NCBI GenBank assembly: GCA_964234715.1
Contig: OZ174280.1
Origin: Podarcis melisellensis
Lineage: Eukaryota
Strand: one strand, 5' to 3'
Length of the DNA stretch: 64,000 nucleotides
Shown: piece after piece, positions 61,501 to 64,000 of the stretch
Layout of the letters: each line of letters starts with the position of its first letter
Position numbering within the stretch: position 1 is the first letter of the stretch
Notes under the pieces: model-generated
What the model was told of the DNA's origin: nothing
The model's input: only the letters and a program-made list of their open reading frames with translations
Database searches by the model: none
Position numbers and translations under genes: made by a program

Positions 61501-61804
61501 AGTGTCAGAAGACCATGCATGGAGGCAGCTGGTTATCGTAAGAGTTTTGTGGGAGCTGCCCTTGCATCCTACTGCCCTTTCATGAGCATAGGGTGCAGGA
61601 TTGCACTCTGTGCTCTTTCCGTGTTACTGGGATATGACATAATCTGGTTTACTTCAAACAAAAGGTGGGGGCTCTGAGAGTTGCAAATGACATTTTATAT
61701 AGTCCCACTCACACTTCGTTTTATGTTGTCTTTAGAGAACTTCTGACGGCTTTGACTCGGTCCCACTGAAGACCTCCTCTGGCACCACTGACATGGATCT
61801 TTAG
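11777..61804 (+). CDS. ELAPOR1: Endosome/lysosome-associated apoptosis and autophagy regulator 1 (KIAA1324/EIG121), 22 coding exons, 1019 aa type I membrane protein
   Basis: 22 GT-AG exons join in frame (3060 nt). The product has a signal peptide, Cys-rich repeats, a mannose-6-phosphate-receptor-homology region, a TM helix ([21 protein letters not shown]) and the tail [11 protein letters not shown]...[19 protein letters not shown]. Motifs match recalled human ELAPOR1, and the C-terminus and CFAP276 adjacency distinguish it from ELAPOR2. Confidence 0.96.
16154..16240. repeat. Short palindromic MITE-like repeat
   Basis: Central hairpin TAAGTCCCACTGAGCTCAGTGGGGCTTA; related copy at 16451-16536. 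Confidence 0.55.
16451..16536. repeat. Short palindromic MITE-like repeat (second copy)
   Basis: Hairpin AGTAAGTCCTATTGAATTCAGTGGGACTTACT. Confidence 0.55.
17308..17328. repeat. (AC)n microsatellite
   Basis: Direct observation. Confidence 0.9.
17907..18003 (+). mobile_element. tRNA-derived SINE, 5' part
   Basis: CTGTAGCTCAGTTGG A box and GATTCAATCCC B box; same family as 56072-56250. Confidence 0.6.
18018..18144. mobile_element. hAT-Charlie-like MITE
   Basis: caggagtggggcccttgtggctcttcagat ... gatgggagctgtagtc ... cacaggttcccctccctg; imperfect palindrome. Confidence 0.55.
18648..18882. mobile_element. Tc1/mariner (Tigger/pogo-like) MITE
   Basis: TA|CAGTGGTACCTCGGTTTA ... TAAACCGAGGTACCAATG|TA. 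Confidence 0.85.
19818..20170 (-). mobile_element. CR1 LINE 3' fragment, decayed
   Basis: Begins agaacataggaagagccctgctggatcag...ggtccatcta, which is the complement of a reptilian CR1 3' end as I recall it. Confidence 0.55.
22478..22505. repeat. (AC)n microsatellite
   Basis: Direct observation. Confidence 0.9.
24567..24792. mobile_element. Tc1/mariner (Tigger/pogo-like) MITE
   Basis: Perfect 18-bp TIR CAGTGGTACCTTGGGTTA / TAACCCAAGGTACCACTG flanked by TA. Confidence 0.88.
30825..31047 (-). mobile_element. MIR/Ther1-like CORE SINE
   Basis: cattttatcctcacaacaaccctgtgaggtagg core complement, ttgaaccc B-box complement and cactacattggctc A-box complement; a related decayed copy lies at about 39600-39790. 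Confidence 0.7.
31855..31999 (+). mobile_element. tRNA-head/CR1-tail SINE (Squam2-like)
   Basis: TAGCTCAG...GTAGAGCAT...GGGTTCAAGCCCCAC tRNA-Lys-like head followed by the CR1 3' end ggtcccttccagctcta...attctgtga. Confidence 0.75.
33694..33814 (+). CDS. ELAPOR1: ELAPOR1 exon 2
   Basis: cag|[40 protein letters not shown]|gtaagc; 121 nt. Confidence 0.95.
34896..35088 (+). CDS. ELAPOR1: ELAPOR1 exon 3
   Basis: [42 protein letters not shown]...GNCS|gtgagt; 193 nt. Confidence 0.95.
35683..36117. mobile_element. Non-autonomous hAT (Tip100-like) element
   Basis: TIRs TAGGCCTGGCCC / GGGCCAGCCCTG; 8-bp TSD GTCTATAG / GTATATAG (7/8 match); related remnant at about 31185-31445. Confidence 0.7.
42729..42876 (+). 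CDS. ELAPOR1: ELAPOR1 exon 4
   Basis: [49 protein letters not shown]|gtatgt; 148 nt. Confidence 0.95.
43821..43901 (+). CDS. ELAPOR1: ELAPOR1 exon 5
   Basis: [27 protein letters not shown]|gtaagt; 81 nt. Confidence 0.95.
44058..44163 (+). CDS. ELAPOR1: ELAPOR1 exon 6
   Basis: [35 protein letters not shown]|gtttgt; 106 nt. Confidence 0.95.
44303..44452 (+). CDS. ELAPOR1: ELAPOR1 exon 7
   Basis: [49 protein letters not shown]|gtaagc; 150 nt. Confidence 0.95.
44514..44682 (-). mobile_element. tRNA-derived SINE with L2-type tail
   Basis: ataggaagctgc tail complement ... ggggattgaac (B box) ... ccactgagcta (A box). Confidence 0.75.
44955..44977. repeat. (CA)n microsatellite
   Basis: Direct observation. 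Confidence 0.9.
45871..46185 (-). mobile_element. tRNA-head/CR1-tail SINE interrupted by a nested insertion
   Basis: Reverse complement of the 31855-31999 family; its tRNA head is split at the duplicated CATGTTCTACCAA. Confidence 0.75.
46005..46161 (-). mobile_element. Short Penelope-like element fragment with inverted terminus
   Basis: 13-bp direct repeat CATGTTCTACCAA (45992-46004 and 46162-46174); internal inverted repeat TTTCCTTCCAGTAG / CTACTGGAAGGAAA; Penelope-type motif gcaccttaaagaccaac...gagctttc...cacttcttca (family assignment from memory). Confidence 0.65.
46873..46961 (+). CDS. ELAPOR1: ELAPOR1 exon 8
   Basis: aag|(E)[29 protein letters not shown]|gtaatt; 89 nt; an in-frame alternative CAG acceptor lies 6 nt downstream. 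Confidence 0.9.
47878..48055 (+). CDS. ELAPOR1: ELAPOR1 exon 9
   Basis: [59 protein letters not shown]|gtaatg; 178 nt. Confidence 0.95.
48936..49064 (+). CDS. ELAPOR1: ELAPOR1 exon 10
   Basis: [42 protein letters not shown]|gtatct; 129 nt. Confidence 0.95.
49414..49504 (+). CDS. ELAPOR1: ELAPOR1 exon 11
   Basis: [29 protein letters not shown]|gtgagt; 91 nt. Confidence 0.95.
50016..50121 (+). CDS. ELAPOR1: ELAPOR1 exon 12
   Basis: [35 protein letters not shown]|gtaagt; 106 nt. Confidence 0.95.
50969..51106 (+). CDS. ELAPOR1: ELAPOR1 exon 13
   Basis: [46 protein letters not shown]|gtaggg; 138 nt. Confidence 0.95.
51336..51593 (+). CDS. ELAPOR1: ELAPOR1 exon 14
   Basis: [39 protein letters not shown]...CGPGTKNNP|gtaata; 258 nt. 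Confidence 0.95.
52366..52539 (+). CDS. ELAPOR1: ELAPOR1 exon 15
   Basis: IHSLCYSDC...[23 protein letters not shown]|gtaagt; 174 nt. Confidence 0.95.
53248..53272. repeat. (CT)n microsatellite upstream of the exon 16 acceptor
   Basis: Direct observation. Confidence 0.9.
53299..53479 (+). CDS. ELAPOR1: ELAPOR1 exon 16
   Basis: aag|[14 protein letters not shown]...[12 protein letters not shown]|gtgaga; 181 nt. Confidence 0.93.
53611..53786 (-). mobile_element. CR1 LINE 3' fragment
   Basis: (AATCATAG)n octamer tail complement followed by agttggaagg...tctagttcaac. Confidence 0.8.
54439..54535 (+). CDS. ELAPOR1: ELAPOR1 exon 17
   Basis: [31 protein letters not shown]|gtaagc; 97 nt. Confidence 0.95.
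54819..55040 (+). mobile_element. Squam3-type (Ther1/MIR-derived) SINE
   Basis: GAGAGCCAGTATGGTGTA head, GTTCGATTCC B box, gctgggtgacctt core and (CTT)n tail. Confidence 0.8.
55655..55756 (+). CDS. ELAPOR1: ELAPOR1 exon 18
   Basis: [33 protein letters not shown]|gtaagt; 102 nt. Confidence 0.95.
56072..56250 (+). mobile_element. tRNA-derived SINE with L2-type tail
   Basis: CTGTAGCTCAGTGGTAGAGCATCTGCTTTGCATG head and agcttcctgtgttc tail. Confidence 0.8.
57151..57277 (+). CDS. ELAPOR1: ELAPOR1 exon 19
   Basis: [42 protein letters not shown]|gtaggg; 127 nt. Confidence 0.95.
57874..58052 (+). CDS. ELAPOR1: ELAPOR1 exon 20 (transmembrane helix)
   Basis: [59 protein letters not shown]|gtgagt; 179 nt. 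Confidence 0.95.
59412..59577 (+). CDS. ELAPOR1: ELAPOR1 exon 21
   Basis: [55 protein letters not shown]|gtaagg; 166 nt; contains the YxxL sorting-type motif YSKL. Confidence 0.95.
61736..61804 (+). CDS. ELAPOR1: ELAPOR1 exon 22 (last coding exon)
   Basis: tttag|[25 protein letters not shown]; 69 nt. Confidence 0.95.
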   Translation, partial: RTSDGFDSVPLKTSSGTTDMDL

Positions 61805-64000
61805 GAATGGATTGCCCACCTCCCATGCCTTTCCTGCAGGATGCTTTGGGAGTTCTCCTTGGTTAATCCCTGCACTTTGATGAACTTGCCATGTGGCCTT
61901 ATTGGATACACTTTTAACTTCAGCTTCTTACTGTACTTTTTTAAAACCGAAAATTTTAACATTCCCTCCCGAAACAAAACCATGCCAAATACAACTGTGC
62001 TTTTAAAATTATATGTAGATATATATTTGTATGTTTTCCTGCGCTCCCTACCCACTCTTCTGTAATGCTTTTGGGTTTTACCTTTCAACAAAAGTTGTTC
62101 TATGCTGGTGACAATAGCTGCATTTCCTCTCTCCCCTGACACCAGAAATGTGTAAAACAGCTCAAGATATCATTGCCATTAATTAAGTCAGCCCATTGAG
62201 ACAGGCTCTTAAGGCTGCAATCCTTACCTGGGGGAAGTTTATATGCACACAGCTGCTCTGTAAATGTTCGTTTCATTTTAACACCAATACACTTTCAAAA
62301 TACTTTCTCTGTGTACTAAAGCAGCAACAGTATTTTGTCAAAGAGTGGTGAGGCTTGCCTGCCTCATTAAGAACCCTTCAGAAGAGATACAATTTGGGCT
62401 CAGATTGCAAAGTTCTGCACTTCGCCAACCAGCCTCACTTTTATAGGATGACTGTTTCTTATGCCAGAGCAGTCTGCAATGACTTTGCAAGTGAGAATTC
62501 TATTAAAGGCTCCCTAAATTCCGTCATAGTAGAATCTGCATGTGGTCCAGGCTGGAAGGAGTATACTTCAATCATTTAGAAAGGGTATGATTTAAACATT
62601 GAAAAGATTATGGCCCAGAGTAGCTGGATTTTCCTCGTCTGTTTTTATAGCAATGACTTATGGAGAAATGCTGTGCAGTCTTGCATCTTGTTTGTAGACC
62701 TTTAGTTTTAAAACAATAAGGGAATCATTTATCCCTGTGCTGACTTTCTCCAATACTTGAAAACCCTTATCCTAGGATATTGAGGCAGGAGGTGTTATTT
62801 TTTATGTGACTTCAGAATTACCATCCAGGAAAATGTGTGCCTATTGTCCATGCCCCATTGGAACACTTTCCTTTGGAGGAACAAAAGTATAATACTTTAC
62901 ACAGTATCAAGAATCGGGCGGAACATCCAGCAGAATTATCCTGTATGAACACCAGAAGAATTAATACTTACTTCTTTTCAAGTTATGTGAATTACAGGTG
63001 CTAGATCTGTGGCTGTGATTATCAAGTATGCCATGGCAAATAGAGGCCGGAGAATTACAGTCAATCATTTCCCTGTCAGGCCCAAGGATGAGTGGAAAAG
63101 CTTTTAGAAAAAAAGCTCTCGACCATGAATTACAGAATTCAGCTTAAAGCAAATCCAGCTCCTCAACTTTCACTGGGGAAATAGGTAACATGTTTATCAT
63201 TTTATGCAATTTCCTTGCCTGATCTTTATCCAGAAATATCCCTTCCTACCCCTGGACAGCCCTCTGTTGCTGTTTTTTTTACAATTCTTCCTCATGTAAT
63301 TTTGTGCAGACCTAGGCATGCAGATTTTTTATTTGGCAAATAGTGAAGAAATAATTAGGTTTTGGTTTTAATAGCCAGTGTTATATCCAAACACAGCCAC
63401 TGAATACATTACAAATGGCTGCTCCTGAATTCAGTCAACATTACTGACAACTGCCAAGCCAATGTTGACTGATTTCATCTCTGTTTGTTTTGGCAGGTTA
63501 AAATAGCCTTTAGTATAAAGCACTTCAATGAAGAAAAATACAGAAACCCAGCTCCTCCTTTCAGTCATTCAGTTTTAATTCCAATGACATTACTCTTGGG
63601 TCTGCTTTCAGTAACTTTCTCAATTTCCACACACTCTACTTTTCTATCTATATTGTACAAGTGTTAAACAACAACAACAACTTACCTTTAGAGCAGCTGG
63701 GAGGAATTTATACAACTGCAGGTAAGGAGGGCTAACCTTGGCTTAGGTTGACTTTAGTTTATTGGGATTTGTAATTCTGTTGCTTTTCCTTCAAGAGAAG
63801 AAATTAAAGATGGCGATGGGCAGTGTTATAGGTTATGGGAAATGGAGTAATTGAGGAGCTGTCATATATGGTGGATGGGCTGCATTTTACTTGGTGAGTT
63901 ACCCTGCGGAGGCTTGTGGATGTTTTTCCCCTTAGCATAATGCTGCTTACATCAACAGTGAAATGTCACCGTACCATAAACTTTGATATATGTCCATGTA

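Overview
Vertebrate genomic DNA from a squamate reptile, most likely a lacertid lizard, judging by its Sauria-type and Squam3-type SINEs. The window holds three recognisable genes in the order I recall for human 1p13.3. (1) An independently transcribed box C/D scaRNA, the SCARNA2 (mgU2-25/61) orthologue, lies at about 1161-1566 (+) with its own TATA/ZNF143 promoter and antisense elements to U2 snRNA G25 and C61. It is invisible to the ORF track. (2) The ciliary gene CFAP276 (C1orf194) has 5 coding exons on the minus strand (9289 down to 3009) and encodes 172 aa. (3) ELAPOR1 (KIAA1324/EIG121) has 22 coding exons on the plus strand (11777-61804), a 3060 nt CDS encoding 1019 aa, and a 21.7 kb first intron. 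All exon phases were checked by hand and join into open frames. The rest is intron or intergenic DNA containing SINEs, CR1 fragments, Tc1/mariner and hAT MITEs, a nested Penelope-type insert with a broken hammerhead motif, and microsatellites. Almost all ORFs in the supplied track are spurious. I found no convincing wholly novel system. The best leads are extra U2-complementary elements in the scaRNA and an inverted SINE pair flanking CFAP276 exons 2-4. Human and repeat-family comparisons are from memory, not from a search.
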